Made by a program: the position numbers and the translations under genes. 50,590 nucleotides of DNA. Source: Candidatus Yanofskybacteria bacterium RIFCSPLOWO2_01_FULL_42_49 (GTDB taxonomy: Bacteria > Patescibacteriota > Minisyncoccia > 2-02-FULL-40-12 > GWA2-44-9). Positions 26,362 through 36,398 of the stretch are shown piece by piece. The stretch spans positions 1 to 50,590 of the forward strand of contig MGKI01000012.1 of the NCBI GenBank assembly GCA_001795615.1. The letters run 5' to 3'. Numbering within the stretch: the stretch's first letter is position 1; the number at the start of each line of letters is the position of its first letter. The notes below the pieces were generated by a model, which ran no database searches, was not told where the DNA came from, and saw nothing but the letters and a program-made list of their open reading frames with translations.

Positions 26362-26398
26362 CCAGAGTCTGAATCAAAAGATTAGAAGGACCAAATAA

Positions 26399-26884
26399 CT
26401 ATTCGCTGCATTCGAGGCGGCAGCTGGGAGGAATATAAGTGGGGGCGAGTTCGCTCTCTTTTTTTTGACCGGGTAGGATAATATCAAAGGTTTTTTTAAT
26501 CAGCGACTCAAATATACTCGGTTCATTTTTTACCACTGAAGCGCCGAGAACCTCCACTTGATCTTTACTCTCTTTAAACGCTTCAACGGCCTTTTTAAAC
26601 ACTTCTTTTTCGTTTTCAGGAATATCTTTAGATTTTAAAATGGCATCTGCGGTCGGTTGAGAAAAAAATCTATCCAGCAAGCTATAATTTGAATTTAAAT
26701 TGTCTATAAGTATCTCATTTCCTGATTTTGGAAAAATAAATTCATATGTTTTATCCTTGAAATTACCCAGAACATTACCCATGGCCCCGGCAATACCGGC
26801 CGTACTGAAACTAAAAGGCAGAGAACCGGTAAATCCTCCTAAAATCAACCCGAGTATTATGAATAATCCCAGGATATAAAACAT
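26399..26884 (-). CDS. Hypothetical protein with N-terminal TM/signal, 161 aa
   Basis: ATG ORF downstream of the pilin fusions, same strand. Confidence 0.7.
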   Translation of the reverse strand: MFYILGLFIILGLILGGFTGSLPFSFSTAGIAGAMGNVLGNFKDKTYEFIFPKSGNEILIDNLNSNYSLLDRFFSQPTADAILKSKDIPENEKEVFKKAVEAFKESKDQVEVLGASVVKNEPSIFESLIKKTFDIILPGQKKESELAPTYIPPSCRLECSE

Positions 26885-26894
26885 GACATATTTG

Positions 26895-29800
26895 TTATGG
26901 AATTTGTAATCTTATGGGCCGAGGAAGAAGACTGTTTTGTTGAGCGGTATTTCCTTGTCCGGCGTCATGAAGCATATAGCTATAAAAACCAGAAGAAGGC
27001 GCCGGGGACTGGATTCTAGTACCGGCTGGTAAATCATTATCGCTCGGCTGGAGCAAGAAAATATCTGCTTGGTCCATCCTTATTATGGCTCCTCCGTTAT
27101 TATATCCGCCAAGAATATCCCCCTCATCTATTTGATGATTAAAAACAACACACGGCTCTAATTCTGTGTGGCAGCCACCGCTTCCGACTGGCCAATATTG
27201 TACAGTCAAACATGTGTTTTGGTCATCGTCGCATTGAGTTATTGCAGAACCTGGTTGTGGTGCTGGTGTTGGTATTGCTGTCGCCGTGGGCACAGGAGTT
27301 GGGGTTTGTGTTTGTGTGGGCGTAGATGTAGGTGTGGGTGTGGGTGTGAGCGTAGGTGTAGGTGTAAAAGTTGATGTAGGTTGTGGTGAGCTAGATGGAA
27401 CCGTTACCCTAACTCTGGCGAGCTCATCTCTTGAAGGCCAATGAAGCAAAGTGTAGGTATGAGTACCAGAGGGAGGGTCAAAATCAATTTTAGTACCGGC
27501 TGGTAAATCCAGATTAGACTCTGCGATAGTGGCTATTTCAGCCGCGTTTCTTTCTATGGTTGCTCCGTCCGAGGGAGGAGATGTATTCGCGATATTTGTT
27601 GTTGTATAATCAAGAACAATGCCCTTTCTCCCGTCTCCCAAGGGATTGGGGGAATAATATCCACGGATAGTTCCGGACGCGTTAGATGGGTTTGGCGTAG
27701 GTGTAGGCGTAGCAGGTGTAAAAGTCGATGTAGGTTGAGGTTGGGGTGAGCTAGTTGGAGGGCTTCCGGGAAGTGTTATATCAAAGATTGCTTGGCCGCT
27801 CGAAATGCTTATAAAAGATATTTCGACCCCGCTATCACTTATTCTGTCTCCTGGAGACAGGAAAAACTCCGGAGAACTAGGAGCTAAATCCACTAGAGCC
27901 GGAGAAAAACCAAGTTGAGTTAGGTTATTTACTAACAATACGCCGGGAGGAAGACTGGAATCAAAACCTATTGATTCTCTGAACTCAATTAAAAATTCTC
28001 TTGAATTGGCTGAAAACCTTGCACTGTCACCAAACTGGAGGGACCCTAATGTGTATCTCCCGCTTGCTGCAATTTGAGTAGGGGCATTACTCCAGCCCAA
28101 TTTTTCTCTCGCGTGGGCATTAAAATGAACAGCGTTTTGAGGCTGCCCCATGATGTCATAGACATTTCCATATCCTTGGGTGCCACAGGCATCAAATATA
28201 CCTAAGCAGTTAATTGTAGCTTCAGCATGGTATAAACTTAAAACATGGCCAAGTTCATGGGCCAGAAGATAGTCAAACTTTGTCCAAGTAAAAGGATGGG
28301 AGGAATATGAATCTGCATATTGCGCAACATCACCCATCAGCCAGATGAATCCCATAGGCTGACCATTTAAAGTGTCCTTCCCTAAAGTTGCCAATCCACA
28401 TGTAGGACTAGTACCACATATACTGCCTGCAGCTATAAAAGTTATGATATCGTAACCAGAAGTATCTATACCACTCCCACTTCCCTGAAAGAATGTATCG
28501 GGATTTAAAGGGCTCATTTTATTAGCTACAGTAATCGGTATCCATCCCACGACATCTCCGCTGAAAGAGAAGCTATTACCAGAAGCCTCTTTGTAAAAAG
28601 CTAAGGCGGAACCATTAAATGCCATATCTCTGATTTGAGAAGGTGAGAAAGGTCCTGAAGCAGAGTTGTCCATATTTACTAGAACAACTAGCATCTTTTC
28701 ATCTCCCGATGCATTAGCAGAAGTCATTCCGGTTGATTGACCTACCGAGCGCGTAATAAAAGAATTACTTCCTAAAACATAACCATTGATATTTCCGATC
28801 TGCCCGGACACTTGAGGAGCATTGTCTTCTGCAATATACAGATCTAGATTTTGATTTCCGTTTGAAATCTTATGCTCATAGGTGGCCTGTCTACCTGAAA
28901 AATCTTCCGAAATTATTGTTGTTAACCGAGCATTATTTATGGTTGCGGGTCTTTCGGCTAAGTTGGCGGAGTCAGGGGGTAATTTATTTATAGTGCCGCT
29001 GTCTAATAAGTTATCCCACACTAAATCGGGACTGTTTTGAACGGTCAGGGCTTGGTTGATTAAATTACTTCTTGTATTAAGGGCCGAATCTAAATTTGTT
29101 TTTATCTGACTTGCGGCAGGACCACTTGAGTTTTGATAATCATCGGCCAGTCTTTGAATTTCTTGTGTATTTGATGCCAACTGACTATTAATAAATGTTC
29201 TGTTTGGGTTGTTATTTGTTCCTAACCCCGGCAGTGTAAATGTCCCTCCGACAAGATCAGGATTTATGGTGTAAAGGATAATATACGCGGCAAGCAGAAT
29301 GATTGCCCCGGTGATGGCATTAGTTATCCTTCCTCGGGCTTCATTGACCTGTGCCGTATTTCCCGCGGCTGTAAACCACATGAATCCGGCGTAAAAGATC
29401 ATCACGAAAACGACGGTGCCTAAGATATTGAGGGACCAGGTGAATATCAGAGAGACTAACTGACCGAATCCGGGTAGGCCTTCAGTGGGGATTCCCGGGG
29501 CTTTGGGATTATCAAACGGTTGGCCGCCGTCATCGGGTGGCAGATCAACTGGAGACGGAGCGGGACCTGTAAATGCAGTGATCCTTACCCCCGTTCGTCC
29601 CCATGTAACTATCGCGTAGTTGCCGTCGGGACTTACTGCGGCATGAGGGGTAAATGTTTCTTCCGCGGTTAACACCGTAAATTGCTGTCCGTTAATTTCT
29701 CCGACTACTCCTCCGGCCGGTCCCTCCGCGATTATCAGCGACCCAACAACCCAAGCCCTTGTTCCCCAAGAGACCAGGTTGTTGTCTTGGTCGACGGTGA

Positions 29801-31151
29801 TTATCTGACTGTTGGATATTCTTGAAAGGCCGGTAGGAGCGCCTTGTCCGGCTTGAGTTGTTGATCCGCCGGTGAGAGAGCGGGTATAAATATTAAAACT
29901 CCCGTCTTGCCATGCGATTAGCCCTTCGCCCAAAGCAGTCGGATCGTTGCCTCCTCCCGGGCCGAGGACTTCCGTTGAGTTAGTATCGCTTCGCCATAGT
30001 TTTATACCGTAACTTGGACCGCCGTCCCGATAGGCAAGCCACAAGATTCCGTTATAAGACGAGAGGCGAGGAAAAGCTAAAGCATTTGGCCCGAGATTAA
30101 ATGTTTTCTCTAATTTTTGGTCGGAAAGGTCGGGAGCGTAACTGTAAAGACTGACTGTCTGTCCCGGAGATCCCAGTTGTGCCGCTACCCAGAATCTTCC
30201 GTTGTGCCAAGCTACATCAGGAAAAGTTCCCGCTCCCAAGTTTTTGGTATTCTGATTGGTTATTAAAACGGGAGGCGGAGCGGAACCGGTACCCGAAATA
30301 GCCGTCCAGATATTCTGATGTTCTGTTTGTAGTAGAGGCAGGGATTGAGTGCCTCCGGGCCGGGCATATGAGAATATAAATAAGCCGACAACATTAGGGT
30401 CGTTGTAGGACTTGAGGTAGGGTGGAATCTGGATGTCTTTTAAGGTATTCAAATTCGTCCAGGCGCCGTTTCTGTCATAGCCCTGGATGACCAGAAACAT
30501 TTTTTTGTTGCCGATTTTTTGTTTTGAGGAGTTTATCTGGCCGTTTAAGTCGGCAACTATACTAGCGTCGTTTTGTTTAGCGGGATCCACATATGCCTCA
30601 AAGCCGATAATGTCCAAGTTGTTTGCCTGGTAACTCGCGCCGCTTTGTATCTGCTGGGGAGTATAATTGATGGCTATTCGTTTTTTGGAAAGACCGGCTT
30701 GAGAAACTAGCCTCTCGAAATTGCTTATATAATTTTCAGTTTCTATTTTGCTCCAGTTAGGCTCGTCAGCCAAGTAAATGAATTCTATATTCTGCCAATA
30801 GGATTTTGTCAGTTCAATGCTTTGTTTCCAATCATTTGGATTCTTGGCGACATGGTAAACGATTTTGTGTCCTAAGGTGATTGTTTCGTCAAAGGCGCTA
30901 TTTAAATTTTGTATGTCTTGTTGTGAAACATTAGGCGGCCGTATCCAGCTTTCTTCAAGTATTATCTGGGTATTGGTATAATCCTTTATCTCGTTTTTGA
31001 AATCTCCGTATTGCGAGTCGACATAATAATAACCGAAAAGAAGCGGGTGATCGGGAGCGGGTAGAGAGCTTTGGGCTGTTATGCTAAAAAAATATAAAAA
31101 ACCGACACTTGCCCCAAAAGTCAGGATTGTCAGATAAGTTTTTCTACACAT
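26895..31151 (-). CDS. Large secreted multidomain protein: putative TIM-barrel/GH-like and beta-rich domains, internal VirB2/TrbC-like pilin module, M11/M6-like zinc metalloprotease, PT-rich linkers, 1418 aa
   Basis: Signal peptide; YLADEP; pilin motif IFYAGFMWFTAAGN..VNEARGRITNAITG..ILYTINPDLV; HELGHVLSLYH and YGNVYDIMG. Confidence 0.75.
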   Translation of the reverse strand: MCRKTYLTILTFGASVGFLYFFSITAQSSLPAPDHPLLFGYYYVDSQYGDFKNEIKDYTNTQIILEESWIRPPNVSQQDIQNLNSAFDETITLGHKIVYHVAKNPNDWKQSIELTKSYWQNIEFIYLADEPNWSKIETENYISNFERLVSQAGLSKKRIAINYTPQQIQSGASYQANNLDIIGFEAYVDPAKQNDASIVADLNGQINSSKQKIGNKKMFLVIQGYDRNGAWTNLNTLKDIQIPPYLKSYNDPNVVGLFIFSYARPGGTQSLPLLQTEHQNIWTAISGTGSAPPPVLITNQNTKNLGAGTFPDVAWHNGRFWVAAQLGSPGQTVSLYSYAPDLSDQKLEKTFNLGPNALAFPRLSSYNGILWLAYRDGGPSYGIKLWRSDTNSTEVLGPGGGNDPTALGEGLIAWQDGSFNIYTRSLTGGSTTQAGQGAPTGLSRISNSQIITVDQDNNLVSWGTRAWVVGSLIIAEGPAGGVVGEINGQQFTVLTAEETFTPHAAVSPDGNYAIVTWGRTGVRITAFTGPAPSPVDLPPDDGGQPFDNPKAPGIPTEGLPGFGQLVSLIFTWSLNILGTVVFVMIFYAGFMWFTAAGNTAQVNEARGRITNAITGAIILLAAYIILYTINPDLVGGTFTLPGLGTNNNPNRTFINSQLASNTQEIQRLADDYQNSSGPAASQIKTNLDSALNTRSNLINQALTVQNSPDLVWDNLLDSGTINKLPPDSANLAERPATINNARLTTIISEDFSGRQATYEHKISNGNQNLDLYIAEDNAPQVSGQIGNINGYVLGSNSFITRSVGQSTGMTSANASGDEKMLVVLVNMDNSASGPFSPSQIRDMAFNGSALAFYKEASGNSFSFSGDVVGWIPITVANKMSPLNPDTFFQGSGSGIDTSGYDIITFIAAGSICGTSPTCGLATLGKDTLNGQPMGFIWLMGDVAQYADSYSSHPFTWTKFDYLLAHELGHVLSLYHAEATINCLGIFDACGTQGYGNVYDIMGQPQNAVHFNAHAREKLGWSNAPTQIAASGRYTLGSLQFGDSARFSANSREFLIEFRESIGFDSSLPPGVLLVNNLTQLGFSPALVDLAPSSPEFFLSPGDRISDSGVEISFISISSGQAIFDITLPGSPPTSSPQPQPTSTFTPATPTPTPNPSNASGTIRGYYSPNPLGDGRKGIVLDYTTTNIANTSPPSDGATIERNAAEIATIAESNLDLPAGTKIDFDPPSGTHTYTLLHWPSRDELARVRVTVPSSSPQPTSTFTPTPTLTPTPTPTSTPTQTQTPTPVPTATAIPTPAPQPGSAITQCDDDQNTCLTVQYWPVGSGGCHTELEPCVVFNHQIDEGDILGGYNNGGAIIRMDQADIFLLQPSDNDLPAGTRIQSPAPSSGFYSYMLHDAGQGNTAQQNSLLPRPIRLQIP
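29218..29447 (-). repeat. 230-bp exact direct repeat (pilin module), copy 1
   Basis: Identical to 31176-31405. Confidence 0.9.
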
Positions 31152-31153
31152 TA

Positions 31154-33295
31154 TTATGGCTGAGTTTGTTGAGTAGTTCCTAACCCCGGCAGTGTAAATG
31201 TCCCTCCGACAAGATCAGGATTTATGGTGTAAAGGATAATATACGCGGCAAGCAGAATGATTGCCCCGGTGATGGCATTAGTTATCCTTCCTCGGGCTTC
31301 ATTGACCTGTGCCGTATTTCCCGCGGCTGTAAACCACATGAATCCGGCGTAAAAGATCATCACGAAAACGACGGTGCCTAAGATATTGAGGGACCAGGTG
31401 AATATTGCGGCAATTAGCTGGCCGAAACCCAATAGGCCTTCAGTGGGGATTCCCGGCTGAGAGGGCTGATCAAAAGGAGTTCCTCCCGTCCGTACTGTTA
31501 AATTTTGGGGGCTTTCTGTTGATCCTTGAGATCCCGACATTAAAATTTTATAAATACCCCCCGCAAGATCAGGAACTTCAAATGAAGCAATTGTTGCTCC
31601 CATGTTTATAGCCGTCGCAACAGAATAGAATCTTCCATCTGATGAATTTTCTAAACGCACGGAGTCAACTAAATTTGTACCAAAAATTTCTACGGTCTGA
31701 CCGACTACGGCGGTTTGAGGGCTGATGCCGGTTATTGTCGGCGGTCCAGTTGGAGTAGGCACTGGCGCTGGAGGCGGGGGAGGCTGGGGTGGTACAGGCG
31801 GTGGTTGGTCCGAGCATAGTACCGGAGAGGGCAACGATCCGCCGCCGTTTCGAGGATAAAGATAGGCGACTTCGACTACCCCGGTATTTTTGTAAGGCCA
31901 GTCGGCTACATTAAAATCAGGCCTGATATTTGCGGTATTAGCGCAATCCTGATGGGCAACATCAATTGCGAAAACTTCGTAATTCGCCATGCTTCCGGTT
32001 TGAGGCGCGTTGCCCGATCCGTAATAGTAGGATATTCCTTCTTTCCACGGATCGTTTAAGTTGGCCCGCTTGCCCTCAAAAGCCCATCTTGTTCCTCCGG
32101 TTCCTGCCCTTAAACGCCTTACTACTTCGTCTAAATATCTAAAATCATCACAGGAACTTTCAAGCCAGTCCGGATGGTCATAAGCAACGCTATCAACGGT
32201 AGCAGACATATCGGGAACGGTTGAAGCAGCCGGAGCGGGATTAATACAATTTCCACCGCCTGAAGGCGGAGGCGGACTTGAAGGCGGCTGTCCTCCGCCT
32301 CCTCCCCAAGTAACATTTTGTAACGCTTGAGAAAATTGATTAACAAACCCCATCTCATTTGACATAAAATTGGATTGAATTGAAGTTCCATCAAGTCCAA
32401 AACTAGCGTTAGAATGGAAAAGCCATACGGCAATGCCGACCCTTTTTGCGTTTACTACGCCATCAATTAAATCGCTAGTAGTGTAGTTCGAAATGGAATC
32501 GGTGTGATAGGGTTCTCCGATATAAGTAGGTTTGTTTGAAATAACAGATGACGATAAATTTGTATTAAGTTCTTGGCCTCCGGCGAAATGTACATTAACC
32601 AGGTTCATCCCAAAATAATCAGCGTTGCTTATTGCGGTTGGGCCACTGGGGTCACCACTTGAGACAGATAGAATTCTGCCAGACGGAAGTCCGCTTTTTA
32701 TATTGCCGATATCTGCGTTAGATAAATCAATTGCGGGATGGTCGTATTCATTCTGTATGTCATAAAAAACATTCGTTTTACTGTTCAACGCATTCATCAC
32801 TGAAATCATCCCTCTTTTAAATTCGGGTACACACATTACCTCATTTCCAGCCGATGCAGTACAGCCAGCTCCGGCAACCGTCTCTCTTGCAAAAGTAATG
32901 TCAACGATCATACCAAGACTGTTTGCCGTATTAACAATGGAAATTAATTGGTTAAGCCTGGTTTGATCAATGCTCCCGTCCGGATTCATTACTGTATTGG
33001 AGGAGGGAGTGTATCTTTGAGAACAATTGGGGCAGTAATCCCAGAGATTTGGAAAAATTCTAATGCCGTCAAACCCTTTTGATTTAAGCCAATTTAAGTC
33101 AGCAGAGGGGTTAGAAGCATCCAGACCGTCCCAATATCCGCTTAATACTAAAAATTTTGGTTGGCCGTTAAGCGTAAAACGATTGCCGGATATGCCCAAA
33201 GTAACGGCTGATGCTGAATCTATTAAAAAGAGGAAAAATAAAACTCCCGGAATAAAATAAGTAAAAAATTTGAGACTCCTTTTTGAGTTTTGCAT
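31154..33295 (-). CDS. Secreted GH5/GH-A-like TIM-barrel + IPT/TIG-like domain + C-terminal VirB2/TrbC-like pilin, 713 aa
   Basis: GNRFTLNGQPKF, GFDGIRIF, YDIQNEY, KPTYIGEP; PTITGISP..GQTVEIFGTNL; pilin motif at the C-terminus. Confidence 0.75.
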   Translation of the reverse strand: MQNSKRSLKFFTYFIPGVLFFLFLIDSASAVTLGISGNRFTLNGQPKFLVLSGYWDGLDASNPSADLNWLKSKGFDGIRIFPNLWDYCPNCSQRYTPSSNTVMNPDGSIDQTRLNQLISIVNTANSLGMIVDITFARETVAGAGCTASAGNEVMCVPEFKRGMISVMNALNSKTNVFYDIQNEYDHPAIDLSNADIGNIKSGLPSGRILSVSSGDPSGPTAISNADYFGMNLVNVHFAGGQELNTNLSSSVISNKPTYIGEPYHTDSISNYTTSDLIDGVVNAKRVGIAVWLFHSNASFGLDGTSIQSNFMSNEMGFVNQFSQALQNVTWGGGGGQPPSSPPPPSGGGNCINPAPAASTVPDMSATVDSVAYDHPDWLESSCDDFRYLDEVVRRLRAGTGGTRWAFEGKRANLNDPWKEGISYYYGSGNAPQTGSMANYEVFAIDVAHQDCANTANIRPDFNVADWPYKNTGVVEVAYLYPRNGGGSLPSPVLCSDQPPPVPPQPPPPPAPVPTPTGPPTITGISPQTAVVGQTVEIFGTNLVDSVRLENSSDGRFYSVATAINMGATIASFEVPDLAGGIYKILMSGSQGSTESPQNLTVRTGGTPFDQPSQPGIPTEGLLGFGQLIAAIFTWSLNILGTVVFVMIFYAGFMWFTAAGNTAQVNEARGRITNAITGAIILLAAYIILYTINPDLVGGTFTLPGLGTTQQTQP
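31176..31405 (-). repeat. 230-bp exact direct repeat (pilin module), copy 2
   Basis: Identical to 29218-29447. Confidence 0.9.
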
Positions 33296-33392
33296 TAACC
33301 TCAGTATATCTTAGTTAATAGCTTTAGTCATGATATAATATCAACATAGGCGAGTATCAAGCTATCAAGCATAGTATTAAGTATTAGGTATT

Positions 33393-34727
33393 ATGTTGCG
33401 CAGTTCAAAATTCATCATTATTTTTGTGGCGGTTATAGGCACTTCTTTTTGTTTTACCCGATTCGTTAGCGCAGATGTACAGGATGAGATAGCCGACAGG
33501 CAAAGGCAGATAGAAGAACTGCAAAGACAGATAGAAGAGTACCAGAACCAGGCGGATAAAGTCAGAGGCCAGTCCAGAACGTTGGAAAACGAAATAGGGC
33601 AGTTAAACGCAAAGATTAACCAGATAACCCTTGAAATCCGCGGACTTGAACTTTCTGTAGGCAAAACAAAGCTAGAAATAGGAGAGACGGAGAAACAAAT
33701 AGACGAGTCGGAAAAAGCGTTGAAAAGGCACAAAAACGCTCTGGCTCAATATCTCAAAATCGCTTATCAGAACGACCAGATTACACTGACTGAAATTTTA
33801 TTTAACAATGAAAATTTGTCGGATTTTTTTAACTATCTTAATGACTTAGAAAATACCCAGGATAATCTCAAGGTTACCATCCAAAACATAAAACAGCTGA
33901 AAGTTGATCTGGAGGATCGCCAAGTCTCGCTGGAGGGAAAAAAGACCGATCTGGAACATCTAATCGGAATCCAGGCAGTTCAAAAAAAGAGCCTAGACAT
34001 TAATAAAAAAGAAAAAGACACGATACTGAAAGAAACAAAGGGACAAGAGTCAAAGTTTCAGGAACTGATAAAAAAATCCCAGAAAGATATAGAAAAAATT
34101 AGAGAACAGCTGACATTTCTTAAACAGCACGGAATTACCGCCGAAGACGCGGTAAGGTATGCCCAGCTTGCCGCCATAAGAGCCGGTATCAGGTCCGCTT
34201 TTCTTCTGGCCATCCTTGAAATAGAATCCCGTCTCGGACAGAATGTCGGTACTGGCAACTGGAAGGATGACATGTACGAATGCTACATTCGTTTGGGGAC
34301 TAAATATTATCCGAACCGTAAGGCATATTATTTACAGCGGGCAGAAACGGAGAAAAACGCTTTTTTTGCGATTATAGGAAAACTGGGCTTTAACCCCGAT
34401 TCAGTTAAAGTCTCTCGCGAACCGAATTACGGTTGTGGCGGAGCAATGGGTCCAGCCCAATTCATACCGTCAACCTGGCTGTCTTATGAGGAAGAGGTCG
34501 CGCGATTAACCGGCCACAATCCTCCAAATCCATGGAGCATTGAGGATGCATTTATGGCCTCAGCAATTAAATTAGCCAAGGGTGGAGCTGACAAAAAAAC
34601 AAGAACAGCTGAAAGCGGCGCGGCTCGGGCGTATATCGGAGGCAGTACGAAATGTTCATCAAGCATCTGTAATTATTATTCAAGCACGGTGTTAAGAAAG
34701 GCAGATGAGATAGAGAGAAACTTATAA
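33393..34727 (+). CDS. Coiled-coil (PcsB/CwlO-like) protein with lytic murein transglycosylase domain
   Basis: Signal peptide, long coiled coil, ILEIESRLG, GGAMGPAQFIPSTW, PNPW. Confidence 0.85.
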   Translation: MLRSSKFIIIFVAVIGTSFCFTRFVSADVQDEIADRQRQIEELQRQIEEYQNQADKVRGQSRTLENEIGQLNAKINQITLEIRGLELSVGKTKLEIGETEKQIDESEKALKRHKNALAQYLKIAYQNDQITLTEILFNNENLSDFFNYLNDLENTQDNLKVTIQNIKQLKVDLEDRQVSLEGKKTDLEHLIGIQAVQKKSLDINKKEKDTILKETKGQESKFQELIKKSQKDIEKIREQLTFLKQHGITAEDAVRYAQLAAIRAGIRSAFLLAILEIESRLGQNVGTGNWKDDMYECYIRLGTKYYPNRKAYYLQRAETEKNAFFAIIGKLGFNPDSVKVSREPNYGCGGAMGPAQFIPSTWLSYEEEVARLTGHNPPNPWSIEDAFMASAIKLAKGGADKKTRTAESGAARAYIGGSTKCSSSICNYYSSTVLRKADEIERNL

Positions 34728-34728
34728 C

Positions 34729-34892
34729 TAAAACAATCCCTAATCTCTAAACCCTAGTCTCTAAACAATACAATATCAAAATTCAAAAATTTTAAACTGT
34801 CCCGACTACAGTCGGGACATGCCCAAAGGGCTGTTTGAGATTTAATATTTTGGATTTATTTAGAGATTAGAAATTAGACATTAGACATTTTT
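34729..34892. repeat. AT-rich intergenic inverted-repeat element with a GC palindrome (tgtcccgact-ac-agtcgggaca) in its centre
   Basis: aatctctaaa/tttagagatt and tctaa/ttaga units. Confidence 0.6.
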
Positions 34893-34908
34893 ATGTTAAT
34901 TTACTCTT

Positions 34909-36336
34909 ATGTTCTTTAATAAGTCGAGGTACTTAAAAATGATCATGAAAAAACCGCCGGGTATTTTTGTTCTTTCTTTATTATTTATTCTTGCGGCTCC
35001 GTTGTTTATTTTTAATGATAAAAACTATACACAAATGATCGAAGCGGCTTTGTCCAACCCCATTGAGATTGCAAGCAACTCCGCCGGCGACATATATTTG
35101 CCAGCCCCTAATATTCTAGACAGACTTGCTGAAAAAGACGACGAACTAACTATGGTGCCTGTTTCGATCGGGCCGCGGGAGATAATTTATTATGAAAACA
35201 GGTACACCATTCTCTCGTATAAAACTCAAGCGGAATGCAATAAAAGAAAAGGTTTGTGGGATGAAAAACATGGCGTATGCAAAGCAGTTAGTCGGAAGCG
35301 TTCGACTGATAAAGAAAAAACTATTGGCTTAAAGCTTCTGAATATAGAAACCGGGGAAGTAGAGGTTGTTGCCGTTAAAACTAAAATTAACATCAACGGG
35401 GTAAGTATTGTTGCGCCTGACGGTTATCAGATAGAAATAGTCGAACGGCCGAATGGCATAAGGTGGAACTACTGGAACACTCTTTATCGCGTAATTTCAC
35501 CGGCAAATATTGTTGTCATAAAAAACAACTATCCAAGAGAGACCACTGAAACTGTTTCACAAACAGTTAAGGGCAAGGTAGTCAACAGAAGCAAGAAAGT
35601 CGTCAGAGGATTTCTGTATGTTCCCCATTCGGAATTTTTTGAACAGGAAGAAAATAGGAGCATTCTAGTCAAAGCAGGTGCAGATTATCTTAAAAGTACG
35701 GTCGCCCAAGCATTTAATACTCTCCGAGAAAGGGGAGTTAAATCAAGAGCATTTCCGGAAAAGTTAGTAGCGGATGTTGAGGCGCTATCGCCAAGATTTT
35801 TTGAACGGCTTCCGCTTCTTGAACAGGGTGACTTTACGGAATTTCAACTTGATCCCCAGAAAACAGCAGAACGAGTATTGATAATTCTCGGGGCTAATAA
35901 AGAAAATGCCTGGAGGCATACTTGTAACCGTTCCGACGCCTGCGGCTGGGTGCAATTTACGCCCCGGACATATTCGAATATGAGAAAATTCTATCCGGCT
36001 GCCAAGGTTGAAAAAGATTTTAAAACAGGCGCTGGCGATCATACTAATTCAATAATGTCTGCGATCTTACTGCATGATAATAATCTAGCTCCTCTTGTTA
36101 AGAAATTCGGCGATAAAATTCTAAACGACTCTGACCTTGAGAAGTATCTGGCGGCGTCTTATAACGGCGCTCCGAGGTGGGTAAGCAATTCATTGAACGC
36201 CACTATCTCAAAAGCGTTTGCCGGTTGGGTTACCGCTCTCTCTCCGACTCGAAAGGACTCAAGAGGCGGATTGAGAAAAGAAACTAGGGATTTTATGACT
36301 AAGCTGGATTACTTGATTGAGAAGGATCTCCCCTAG
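34909..36336 (+). CDS. Exported protein with probable C-terminal lysozyme-like/SLT domain, 475 aa
   Basis: N-terminal TM; ACGWVQFTPRTY and AASYNGAP resemble SLT motifs II and III. Confidence 0.6.
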   Translation: MFFNKSRYLKMIMKKPPGIFVLSLLFILAAPLFIFNDKNYTQMIEAALSNPIEIASNSAGDIYLPAPNILDRLAEKDDELTMVPVSIGPREIIYYENRYTILSYKTQAECNKRKGLWDEKHGVCKAVSRKRSTDKEKTIGLKLLNIETGEVEVVAVKTKININGVSIVAPDGYQIEIVERPNGIRWNYWNTLYRVISPANIVVIKNNYPRETTETVSQTVKGKVVNRSKKVVRGFLYVPHSEFFEQEENRSILVKAGADYLKSTVAQAFNTLRERGVKSRAFPEKLVADVEALSPRFFERLPLLEQGDFTEFQLDPQKTAERVLIILGANKENAWRHTCNRSDACGWVQFTPRTYSNMRKFYPAAKVEKDFKTGAGDHTNSIMSAILLHDNNLAPLVKKFGDKILNDSDLEKYLAASYNGAPRWVSNSLNATISKAFAGWVTALSPTRKDSRGGLRKETRDFMTKLDYLIEKDLP

Positions 36337-36398
36337 GTCAAATCCCCTTGAAAAGCTGGGATTTTTGTTTTGGACAAAACTTGCTATAATACAGCGTT

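Noticed and set aside
27255-27390. gtgtgg/gtaggt tandem-like repeats
   Set aside because: They simply encode the Pro-Thr linker of the 1418-aa protein
29218-31405. Diversity-generating retroelement TR/VR pair
   Set aside because: The copies are identical (no adenine-specific mismatches), both are coding, and there is no reverse transcriptase in the window
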